Source of the DNA: Octopus sinensis | Lineage: Eukaryota | Direction of reading: 5' to 3' | DNA length: 64,000 bases | Assembly: GCF_006345805.1 (NCBI RefSeq) | Contig: NC_042997.1 | Location: 168,454,001-168,518,000 of the forward strand | In this document: piece after piece, positions 37,739 to 49,304 of the stretch | Position numbering within the stretch: the stretch's first letter is position 1 | Layout: every line of letters starts with the position of its first letter | Made by a program: the position numbers and the translations under genes | Notes under the pieces: model-generated | Told to the model about the DNA's origin: nothing | Database searches by the model: none | Seen by the model: only the letters and a program-made list of their open reading frames with translations

Positions 37739-38440
37739 TCAACAATTGAGGGTAAAATTAATTAATTAATCAATTTCACCAAGTATTCAGTATGCAAAGG
37801 GACCATTTAAGGCGAATTCAAATTATTACATTATATAAAAGGGCTTAGTAAAATAAATTACTTTGCCGCATACTGAACTCATTAGAAATAGCAGCTAAAA
37901 AAAACTTTTTTAAAACTATTTCTAATACTTAAAGAAAACCTCTCTCATATAGTGCTTGCTCAATTCAACTCACGCAAATATGGGGGTAGAGACATTAAAA
38001 AATCAAGTGCAAAGGTTATTTGAGAACGTACGTTTCAAGATTAGTCAACACGACATTTCTATCATCAGCTCAGAACTCCCTGGTTTGGATTTGAAAACAC
38101 TGAAAGTGGGAGCATACCCTCTCGGCTTCCTCTCGCTTCCGAAGATCTGCTCGTAACTACAGTGCCAACAAACCCAAAAATGCAAGCGAGAATTTCTGCT
38201 CTCCCCTTCCACCAGCATGGGTTAAAATCAGTAAACACTATGCTTTTTTCGGTAAAGTCCGCGGCATTATATAGAGAGAGATGAATTATAATTTCAACAA
38301 TTGAGGGTAAAATTAATTAATTAATCAATTTCACCAAGTATTCAGTATGCAAAGAAATAGTTTTAAAAAAGTTTTTTTTAGCTGCTATTTCTAATGAGTT
38401 CAGTATGCGGCAAAGTAATTATTTTACTAAGCCCTTTATT
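37739..38440. mobile_element. (TA)n-embedded element with 61-bp direct repeat plus ~85-bp inverted segment (pseudo-LTR-like)
   Basis: Direct repeat 37739-37799 / 38294-38354; inverted repeat about 37838-37922 / 38353-38437. Confidence 0.75.
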
Positions 38441-39238
38441 AAATATATATATATATATAATATATATAGATATATATATATATATTATTATATATATATA
38501 TATATATAGGAGAGTTCACGAAAAACAACAAAAGACGAAGACAGGTGGTGTAGAAAACAAACAGCTGTATTAGTATAACGTTCAGGAATAGAAAAAGTCT
38601 TTTACGTTTCGAGCCTACGCTCTTCTACAGAAAGGGACACAGAAAACTAACAAAGAGAGAAACAAGGCAAGAAATATATATATACATACATACATACATA
38701 CATACATACATACATACATACATACATACATACATACATACACATACATACATACATCCAATTGAATTTGTTTTATTGTTATTTGAGCTTATCTGTTTAC
38801 TTCCTGTAAAATTTTTCCAATTTTATTTTCATGAATCATCATATCATTTTGCATTTAATCTTAAAATGTTGCTTTATATCACTTTCTTGGCTACAATGAT
38901 AATTTTAATTTATTTTTAGTTGGCCTAAATAGCTAGCTACCAACATGTGCAGAGGTGACCTTCTTGCATTTTATTAATTTGTTTATTTCTTCACTGTCTA
39001 CTTTTCTTTCTCCTTGATTTCATCCATTATCCTGAATTGTTAAAAAAAATATTCAGTTCTCATTAAACTCGCACCTGTACAAGTTGCCTTGAAAGCATTA
39101 TGTTTTGCATAAGTTTTGGATATATTTGATTTCACAATCGATCCAATATGGACCGATTTGTATATTGTACCATTTGATATATCTAGAAATGCTTACGCAA
39201 AAGAAACGTGTCGGTGCATTTGTATAGTGTAATCTTCA

Positions 39239-39291
39239 ATTAAAGATAATATTCTTACTTTTTATTGGCTTTATATATGTATGCGTGTGCT

Positions 39292-39324
<33 letters not shown>

Positions 39325-39645
39325 ATATATTCTGAGACCCAGACCATGGGATTGCCCCTAGAAAGTTACCCTCCCAGGCCCAAGTCCGAGCAAGGTTGTT
39401 TTATGAAAGACCAGCAGTCGCCTATGCATACCGGCCTCCCCTCTCCATGCCACCAGTGTTATCCAAGGGAAAGGCAAACGCCGATACAGATTGGCACCTG
39501 TGACGTCGCAACTTATTTCTACAGCTGAGTGAACTAGAACAACGTGAAATAAAGTGTCTTGCTCAAGAACACCACACGCAGCCCGGTCCGGGATTCGAGC
39601 TCACAACCTCACGATCGTAAGCTCGACGCTCTAACCACTGAGCCA

Positions 39646-39650
<5 letters not shown>
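39239..39650 (-). mobile_element. tRNA(Arg)-like-headed CORE-type SINE
   Basis: Minus head GCATGGCTCAGTGGTTAGAGCGTCGAGCTTACGATCGTGAGG...TCGAATCCCG followed by GTGTTCTTGAGCAAGACACTT. Confidence 0.8.
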
Positions 39651-39739
<89 letters not shown>

Positions 39740-39770
39740 ATATGTATGTATGTATATATGTGTATATATA

Positions 39771-39829
<59 letters not shown>

Positions 39830-39834
<5 letters not shown>

Positions 39835-40323
39835 TCACCTATATTGGTTGCTCAACCTCCTGGAAATCCAGATACTACAACCACCGGTCCTCGCTGAGAC
39901 ACAGACATAAGGCTAACAGCACCTCCCTCTCTAAAAGAATTTGGGAATTAAAAGACAAATGCATAGGCTTCAAACTCAGATGGTCCATCATCGGATCAGC
40001 TGCACCTTATTTAAATAATAGAGCAGGATGCCAACTATGCTGTGTAGAACTCCTCAACATCTTGAAATTCAAAGACAAACACAATCTTATTAACAAAAGG
40101 TCAGAGTTCAAACCATCCTGTATACATAAACTTATTAATACTTTCAAATACTACAATGCTTAAGTCTTATACCAACTCCCCCATGCAATTTCCTCCCACC
40201 CGGTGCAACCTGTCGGCTCCAGCACATCCCGCTTTCCTATATGTGCGTGTATATGTGTATGTGTGTGTGTGTGCGTATGTATGTGCACATACGTGTACGT
40301 ATGTGTACGTATACATATATATG

Positions 40324-40361
<38 letters not shown>

Positions 40362-42085
40362 TGTGTACGTGCATATAGGGTTCCCTGCATTTTCCCCCTA
40401 TATATACAAATTTTGTCTCCCATATATGACTTCTTTTCCCTAAATATTTCTTCTCCTACACCATATCCTCCCTATGTAGTCTCTTTAATCCCCTATATCT
40501 ATACCCTTTCACATTTCTAACTCAGATGTTGAACGCACACCGCCAAACTCCACTTCCACCCTTCCAATTTTCAGTTCCCCCCGCCCGCCCCTACGTTTAA
40601 CACACAACTTTAAACTTTACAAAATTATATTTTTATCTTATTTTATTTTATTTTTATTTTTACTTTTATTTTTACTTTTATCCTACTTCCATTTATTTTT
40701 ATTTTTATTTTAATTTTATTTTTACTTTTATTCTACTTCCATTTATTCTCATTTTCATTTTCATCCCTTACCTTAACTCTTATAATTTTTATAATTCTTA
40801 TACTTCATTTCTAACTATTACATTGTATTTCTTATTTTATACTGTATTTTTTATTTCTAATCTTTACCCTTACCCTCATTCTTACCCCTAACTTATCGCT
40901 TTACACCTCTATATATGTTTATTTACTTACCTATGGATCCACCTTTTGAATATACGAGCGTCCGCGTACGTGTGTATACGCATACATACATATGCACGCG
41001 CATATATGTACATGCATACTTCGATATCTTATAGCTATACCCATGTGCGCGTGTGTCTCTGTGTGTGTATATGAGGGTATATGTGCACGCACATACGGAC
41101 ACACAGCCGTGTGTGCGTGCGCGTATTGACATGAGTACGGGATTCTTTACATACGTTCTTATACACATCCTTTAATATCTTATACCTGGACCTAGAGGCG
41201 TGGGCATATACGTGTGTGTATGTAGTGATGGGCGCGCGTATATACTTGTGAGCGTGTACGCGCGTAAAGTCCGTGTATATATGCGGATATTCTGTTGTAT
41301 GTATGTGTGTGTACGCGCGTGCGTGTGGGTGCGTGTGTGTTTATGTACGTGTTTACACGCGAGTGCGTGTGTATGCTTATAGGCTTGGAGGCGTATATGT
41401 ACGCGTGTATGTGGGTGTATATATCCATGATGATATGTATGTACTAGAAGTCCATTTAATTCAAGGAACCAGATTAAATGCTCATCAGCTCTGATTTACA
41501 ACGCATTAAGTCCCCAGACGAAACTGATGATGTACTGACAATTCTACAACTAAATTTTATCAATCTCCTGACCACCATGCTTGGTCCATAACCTCTATAC
41601 ATCCCTTATCTTTACATTCTTTTACACTTTTATCATGTTTTTATCAGGTTTTTTTACTTTTATTTCTATTTCTATTTTTACTTATATTTCTTTATACCCC
41701 CTTTACATCTACTTACAAACCTTTATCCTCTACATTTTTATATTATTCTATACTTACACTTTTTATACATTTTTTATCCCTCGTCCCGAACTCTCGCCCC
41801 TCCATCTTCACCTCTATATATGTATTTATTTATTTACATTACCTCAACATCCAATTTTCCTCATTCTACATTGAGAGAAGAAAGAGATGGACGCTTCAAC
41901 TCTATGCTGCTGCCGCATTATGTCGTACGTGAATGAGAGGATTTGCATCCCCAACCAAGAATTTTTGATGTAACACATGTCCTTGTGGAAGCTGTTTTGC
42001 GCGGCTGAAGAAGGCCACAGACATACATTATGCATTGTTATAAATCTGTCTAATAAAGGCCCGAGACATATGTACCGCTGAATCC
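39830..42085 (+). mobile_element. Penelope-like element: GIY-YIG remnant + long low-complexity 3' region ending in a hammerhead relic
   Basis: [21 protein letters not shown]...STSLSKRIWELKDK...WSII..A.PY...CQLC...LINKRSE...C.H (39830-40163). The 3' extent is inferred. Confidence 0.75.
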
Positions 42086-42114
42086 TTCGCATCATGTTTT
42101 TATTTTATTTTGAT

Positions 42115-42170
<56 letters not shown>

Positions 42171-42175
42171 TATAT

Positions 42176-42525
42176 AGGAGTAGCTGTGTGGTAAGTAGCT
42201 TGCTTGCCAACCACATGGTTCCGGGTTCAGTCTCACTGCGTGGCACTTTGGGCAAGTGTCTTCTACTATAGCCTCGAGCCGACCAAAGCCTTGTGAGTGG
42301 ATTTGGTAGACGGAAACTGAAAGAAGCCTGTCGTGTATATGTATATGTCCTCCCAACACCGCTTGACAACCGATGCTGGTGTGTTGATGTCGCCGTATCT
42401 TAGCGGTTTGGCAAAAGAGACCGATAGAATAAGTACTAGGCTTACAAAGAATAAGTCGACGAAAGGCGGTGCTCCAGCATGGCCGCAGTCAAATGACTGA
42501 AACAAATAAAAGAGTAAAAGAGTAT
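42176..42525 (+). mobile_element. SINE family A
   Basis: Head, core and tail as in 8413-8810. Confidence 0.88.
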
Positions 42526-42760
42526 ATATATACACACGAGTGAGTAGACAAACCAAAGAAGGGCACTCAACACATTTATTGAGAGTTACATGTATGGATC
42601 AAAATAGTTTGATCCAAATTCTTTGGTACTCCGAGTTTCAAGCGTGTCGCTAGTCTTCGGGCATCGGAGTCTGATGCCGAAGACTAGAAGTAACATTGAA
42701 CAGTCACTTTGATGTGGCGATTGACTTGACTGATCTCTTCTTGAGATTTTATAATTAGCT

Positions 42761-42851
<91 letters not shown>

Positions 42852-43009
42852 CTAATTTAGAGGCGAACCACCATTCTACAGTTCAGTCACTGAAGAACGC
42901 GTCCAAAACCATTGACTGAATTGTGGAATGGTGGTTCCTCTCTAAATTAGTTATATACATATATTATATATTACGAAATTCGGTCTAATATTATTAATTC
43001 ATTCCGTAA

Positions 43010-43043
<34 letters not shown>

Positions 43044-43046
<3 letters not shown>

Positions 43047-44730
43047 TAGTTTTATTTTTATAGTGTGCTTTCACTTTACTACCGAGCGCAGCTCTGTGTG
43101 CCTTGGGTATGTACTGTTTTGTTGTGATGCTCTGATGGTTACTGTATTGAAAATGTTTTGCGTAGGATGTGGGCAGTGCCCAATAGTGCAATTTTCTGTA
43201 TGTTATATGTGTTTGTAAGTCCCGGTATTTTTGTTATGTATTTGTATGAATTTTTTTTATCATGCCTAAGGCACCTACTATGATAGGAATTGTTTCTGTT
43301 TTTAGACTCCACGTTCGAGTTACCTCTATTTCCAGGTCTTTGTATTTTGAGAGTTTCTCAATTTCTTTTAGAGACACGTTGTCATCTGCTGGTATTGATA
43401 CATCAATTAGAAAGCATTTTCTTCTTCATGATCTCTGACAGCTATATCTGGTCTGTTGGCTTTAATTTCTCTATCTGTGTGTATCGGCATATCCCAGAGT
43501 ATGGTTGCTTTCTCGTTTTCTGTGACCTTTTCTGGTGTGTGCCTATACCATCTTTTTTTCTGTTGTTATTCCATAATGTTGGCATAGCTTCCAGTGTATG
43601 AAGGTCCCAACTCTGTCGTGTCTGTGAATATATTCCTTCTTAGCCAGGACTGGGCAGCCAGAGATAATATGATTTATTGTTTCTTGTCCATCTCCACATA
43701 TTCTGCAGTTACTTGTTATATTTCTTTTCATTATATGTTTTTGGTAATTTCTGGTGGGGAGGCTTTGGTCTTGTGCTGCAATTAAAAATCCCTCTGTCTC
43801 TGCTTTGAGTCCTGAGCTTCTCAACCATTGCTGGGATTTTTCTTTGTCTATTTCTTTTGCGTTTAGTTTAGTCCCGTATTTGCCATGAAAGGGCTTTTCT
43901 TGCCATCGTTTTATCATGGTCCGTTGCTGTCCTAGTTTTAGTTTGGATTTCATTTGTTTTATAGCTTTTGTTTCTTCTTCTTCTTCTTCTTCTTCTTCTT
44001 CTTCTTCTTCTTCTTCTTCTTCTTCTTCTTCTTCTCTTTGTTTGGTGGTATGATTTCTTGTTTGTATTTGTCAGCTTTCTTAATTACTGAGAACATTTTT
44101 TTTGCTCGTGTTTTGCCGCTATTTGTATCAGTTTCCCTTGCTTCTGAAGTAGATATTTTTGCAGTCATATGGTGGTTATTTTATAATAGTTTTCCAGCTG
44201 TATAAGGCCTCTACCACCTTCTTCTATACGTTGTATAAATAGCCTTTCTATATCAGATTTTGGGTGATGCATCCTAGATCCTGTCATTATTTATCTTGTT
44301 TTCCTATTTATTTTGGTTAGTTCATTTAGTGTCCAGTTAAGGATATTGTAGCTGTAACTTATAACTGGGACGGCTAAAGTGTTAATACCTATTATCTTGT
44401 TTTTAGCATTGAGCTCTGTTTTTAGTATTGATCTAACTCGTCTATAATATTCTTTTTTTTATTTTCTCTTTCATTTGTGTGTGTTGTGTCTTATCTAGTT
44501 CATGGATTCCTAAGTATTTGTAAGTTTGGCTTTGGTCTAATTCTTTTATTTCATTGGTTTTATCTAGTGTGATGTTGCTACTCTTAACTAGTTTTCCTCT
44601 TTTCATGGTTACTTTGGCGCATTTTTCTAATCCAAATTTCATATATATTTCTTTGGTAAATCCATGAATTGTCTTTAGCAGTGCTTCCAGCTGTTTGTCA
44701 TTTGTAGCGTACAGTTTTAGGTCATCCATA
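43044..44730 (-). mobile_element. Young 5'-truncated Dong/R4 LINE inserted in (AAT)n
   Basis: MDDLKLYA (RT motif), YKYLGI, then near identity to 24965-26160; (ATT)n on both flanks. Confidence 0.93.
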
Positions 44731-44733
44731 TTA

Positions 44734-44799
<66 letters not shown>

Positions 44800-44992
44800 A
44801 GAATTTTTTGCGTAATAAGACAAAAAAACCAAGGCTGTATAAATATTAGAGCATTTATAGATAGGTCTTACAGCTGTTTCTATGATATTTATTAATTGTA
44901 TCCCTTCATTGGAGACGGTGTGAGAGGATAGTTATGTCATAGTTACTTTAGATGTGATACAAAATAGAATGTGAGGTGTATGCATACATATA

Positions 44993-45028
<36 letters not shown>

Positions 45029-45219
45029 TGTATGTATGTATGTATGTATGTATGTATGTATGCATGTATGTATGTATATTATGCACAATTTATGGATATA
45101 ACTAATCTGATGGTGCTCATAATTGATGCTGGCTACGAGCTGATCGTAACCTTATGTATATCAACTGGTGAAATAAATATATTCATCTCATATCTCCTGA
45201 CTTTCTTTATAGTTTATAT

Positions 45220-45344
<125 letters not shown>

Positions 45345-45423
45345 GCGTGTTTGTATATATGTATGCATATGTGTAGAGGGAGAGAGAGAGAGTGAGAGAG
45401 AAATAAATACAACAAGCGGGCAG

Positions 45424-46790
45424 TTACGCTGCGGTGACTGGTAAAGGTCTAACAGCAGATATACTGCAAGTTAGAGAAATTGAATTGGAAGAAACAGACT
45501 TCAAGGAGCATAACAAACTATTGAGAAAGGAGGGAGACAGCCTGGGGTTGACGCCTCCTAAGGAAGTCATAGAAAAAACAGAGATAAGAACCATAATATA
45601 TAAAACGCTGAATATTGCAACGAAAAAGTGCAAATAGCAGCAGTGGAGGTGGTTGAGGTGTGTTTGAGAGACGTCAAGGATTCAACGACGTACTATACCA
45701 GAGGAAAGAAATACGGCACAGAGGAGGTACGCGTCGTGAGTGAGGAAGAAGCGAGAAAGTACTCCGCTGTGCCTTTGAGATCGGCTGAGTGGGCGCTACT
45801 ACCGACTTACTGTGGCAAACGTGCGGCCAGGGTAAGAATAGGTAGAGTGCCCCCAGAAATTGATGAGGCGTGGCTGGTGGCAGCCATCCTCTATAATACA
45901 GAGGAGGACACCCAAATATTGAAAATGACGAGAACTACGGAGGTGAATTAATGGAGTTATCGGTTCATTTAAGCTTGGCAGACTTCCACAAGATTGCGGA
46001 AGAACTGGTACTGCCAGACGAGACGAGGTTGAAAATTGTTGTGGAAGGAAGACCGCCTGTGTGTTTTCTATGTGGAGTAAGGGGACACATGAAAGCTAAG
46101 TGTCCCCAGGAACACGAAGAGGAGGAGACAGAGAAGGAATATCAGGAAGAAGAGGGTGCAACCGTAGAGGAGGAAAAAATGGAAGACCAGTACTCAGTGG
46201 TAAAAAGGAAAAAAAGTAATACAGACTCACCACCAAAAAGTCCTAGGAAGAAAAGAAAGGCAAGTGGAGAGGAGAGGCAGAGTGGAAAACAAGAGAATAC
46301 GAATGAGAAGAGAAAAAAAATGAAAGGTCAACAAAAGTATGTGAGGAACGAACGCAGAGACCATCAAGTAGCAAGGAGGAAAGAGTACACAAGGGAAAGG
46401 AAAATGAAAGAGTGATGAGAGCAACACAGAATGAGAGACAGACAGAGATAGAAATGCCAGCGGCAGAGGAGGGGATTGTTGAGGAGAGAAGGAGAGTGAC
46501 ACCAAAAAGGAAAAATGGTGCAATACACAAAAAGTGTAGAGATAGAGAAAAAGTTTGCGAAGATGAAGAACGTTATCAGAGTGAAATTAGCGGCCAACGA
46601 AAATAATGGTTTGAAAGCTGTTTTGCTGGAAAAAGAAAGAGGAGACAGATTGAAGGAGTTGTTTGGTGAAAGAATAGAGATGACAGGGATACAAATTTGT
46701 TACGACGAATTGCCGCTGGTAGTGAGTGGCCTTCGAAGATTTATTGGGGTATATTTTGTAAATAGTGATTTTGTGTGAATTAAAAAAAAA
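45424..46790 (+). mobile_element. Tx1/L1-like ORF1 (gag-like, CCHC zinc knuckle) without ORF2, copy 1
   Basis: RVRIGRVPPEIDEAW...KIVVEGRPPVCFLCGVRGHMKAKCP followed by a charged low-complexity tail; stops and frameshifts. Confidence 0.75.
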
Positions 46791-47149
46791 AGGAAACCAA
46801 CAGAAACAAGACTGATATTGAACTGTTCATTTAAAAACAGTAAAATGGAACTACCTGCTTATGGGGGTAGGTAAGCCATTCCATCCTCATTTTTCATTAT
46901 ATCCATAATTCATTCGATATATGTTTTTACGTACCTCATGGTATTGTTTTGTCTGTTTTTGTGTTGTCCCTTCTCTATTGAGGCCTTGTGCCTAATTAAA
47001 GAAATAAGGACGTTGGTGTTGCCTTTGTTTGAGTTAGTCTTTTTGAGACTGTCTGTTGAATACAGCGTTTTTATTGCTGTTACGTTTATTGAAGCGACTT
47101 GCGCGTGGTTGTTTTTTGCAGTTTTTTCCCCGTTGTTGGGATGAGAAAA

Positions 47150-48410
47150 TTAGCTTTTCATCATGGAGGGCTGTGCGAGGACCGCTGCAATGGGAGTGGC
47201 TGCGCTGTTGGAGGCAAAGCAGTTGAAGATTGATATGGAGGAATTTGTAGAAGGCGAGCAGTTTTACAAGGAGAGGGAGGTGCAGGTGGGCTGGTCCCCC
47301 CGAGGAAACGGTGAAGAACAAGAGTAGTGGGACGGTGGTGTGCCACATGCGGGTGGTCGCCACCAACAAGGTGGAAAAATTATCAGAGGACGATGTTGAA
47401 GAGTCTGGGATCCATAATGAGGGGAAAGGTGCGGCGCGGTGGAGGTGGGGTTTTCCACCAAAGCGGAGTCGGCCTCACATTCCACCACTGTTCTGCGGTC
47501 GGACAGGGTAGCGCTGCTACCCGCGTGTGGGGGCGGGCGCAGTGTTCGAGTTCGAGTGGGGAGGGTGCCACCTGAAGTGGAAACAGAATGGGGCACTGGC
47601 TGCCGCTGAGAACGATCCAGAGTTGGGACCAGTGGGAGGAACAAACAAGTTAAACTGGTGGGGATGCGGTGTTGAGATGTGGCTTTTTGCCACTTTTGAA
47701 GACATCGAGAGGGTCCCCTACCAGATGGAGATTGCAGAAGAGGGTTCGATTGAAGTTATTGTGGAGGGTCGTCGATCCAGTTGTTACATATGTGGAGTAG
47801 GAGGTCATATAAAGACACAGTGCCCCGAGTACAAACATGCTCAGCTCAGAGTGAGAAGGTGGTGGAGAAGTGGACCAGGAAATGGAGATGGAAGGGGAAG
47901 CTGAGGCAGAGAATGGCAGAGAGGACAGAAGCGATGCAAAGTGCGAAGAAGGGACTAGGGAGGACAGAACGAAGGGGGCAGGGGACGGGAGTGACGGGTT
48001 TGTCGGCCCCAAAAGGAGAAGGAAGGCAAGGTCAAGGGAACACTCACAGGGACCAGCAACAGAAACCGAGAGGACGCCCCAAAAAGGTGGGGAGCCGCCT
48101 AAACTTGAGCATATGCATGAAGAGAAGACGAAATCAGGAGAGAAGGAAAGTCATAGGAAGTTCTTGATAATCTGCGAGAGAAGTGTGGAGGTGGAAGGAG
48201 GAGTATCAAGGTGGAAGGGACTGATGGGGGTGAGGCTGCTCAGAGAGGGATTCAATGAAAGTGAAAGGGGTGTTCTAGTGAATGAAGAGAGATGTGATGT
48301 GTTCATGGATTCATATGGTGAATTGGGGAATATGATTGACGGGCTGTGGTTGCGTGACACTCCCTCGCCCGTAGTGGAATGTGAAGAGTTGGGAAGATTG
48401 GAGATGTGAG
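47150..48410 (+). mobile_element. Tx1/L1-like ORF1 without ORF2, diverged copy 2
   Basis: RVGRVPPEVETEW...IEVIVEGRRSSCYICGVGGHIKTQCP, with a C-terminal block paralleling copy 1. Confidence 0.7.
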
Positions 48411-49304
48411 ATATGATATGAACAATATATAAAAAAAAGCATCAGTATGAAAATGTGAATGTATTGTTTTTTTCTTTTAAAAAGGTAAAAAAGAGGAAAC
48501 TGTCCAAAACCGTGTCTGAATGTAACCACTCGACCTCGGAGGTCGAGTGGACGTTGCGCCTCGTTTTATCCTTATTCATAATTTCATTCGTTTCTTTTTC
48601 TTATTTCTTCCTTGCTCGATTTCCTTTTTATATTTTTGTTTCCCCGATTTTATGTTTTGTTCAACCGTCTCAACAGGGGCTCGAATGTTAATGTAATATG
48701 AATGAGATCTCGTATTTTGCTACATACGAATTTCAAATATTTTAACCATGGTTCGTTCATGTGCGCAATCGAGATTTTATCCAATTAACGGTTGCTGTTC
48801 ACGTCACCGTTCTGTAGCCCATCTGGAACTTTCCATGAACAAAGCCTATAATACTGTCAATAAAGCTGCCAATTTCGCTGACGCCAGAGCCGGTACGACA
48901 TTCTCCACTCACTCCAGTTTTTAGAGTCGAGCTTAGAATTGAACACTATAACTGTTTTAATGTTTGCATATTCAATCGGGTATATCGAAGAAGACATCAC
49001 ATGGCACTTAAATATTTGTTCAATATGTTAAAAACCAGCCCAAGTGTTAAATTTCGAACAGACATTTTCCTTGCATGTCACATTGTTATTTCTACCTTAC
49101 TATTTCTATATAGATTGTCCGCAATGCGTGAAGATCTTTTCATACTTATACAACACAATAGATTGTGGTCAAACGTTTGCGTGGTGTTGTGAAATCACTA
49201 CAAGACATTTTCTGTTAACTTGGTTTTACACGGGAACAACAAGCAGCCTAAACATATCTCAATTCCGCCATCAAATCTCGTTAAACTAAAAAAAAGAAAA
49301 AAAA

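Noticed and set aside
39575-39650. tRNA-Arg-like cloverleaf (also heads at 8413, 10072 etc.)
   Set aside because: Continues into SINE core and tail, so these are SINE heads and not tRNA genes.
41440-41525. Minus-strand CTGATGAG with 8-bp stem II
   Set aside because: GAAA is absent and no stem I pairing was found; too decayed to call.
42848-42955. Palindrome whose loop has CTGAAGA and ACGCGTC
   Set aside because: No stem II or GAAA between them; at most a deleted hammerhead relic.
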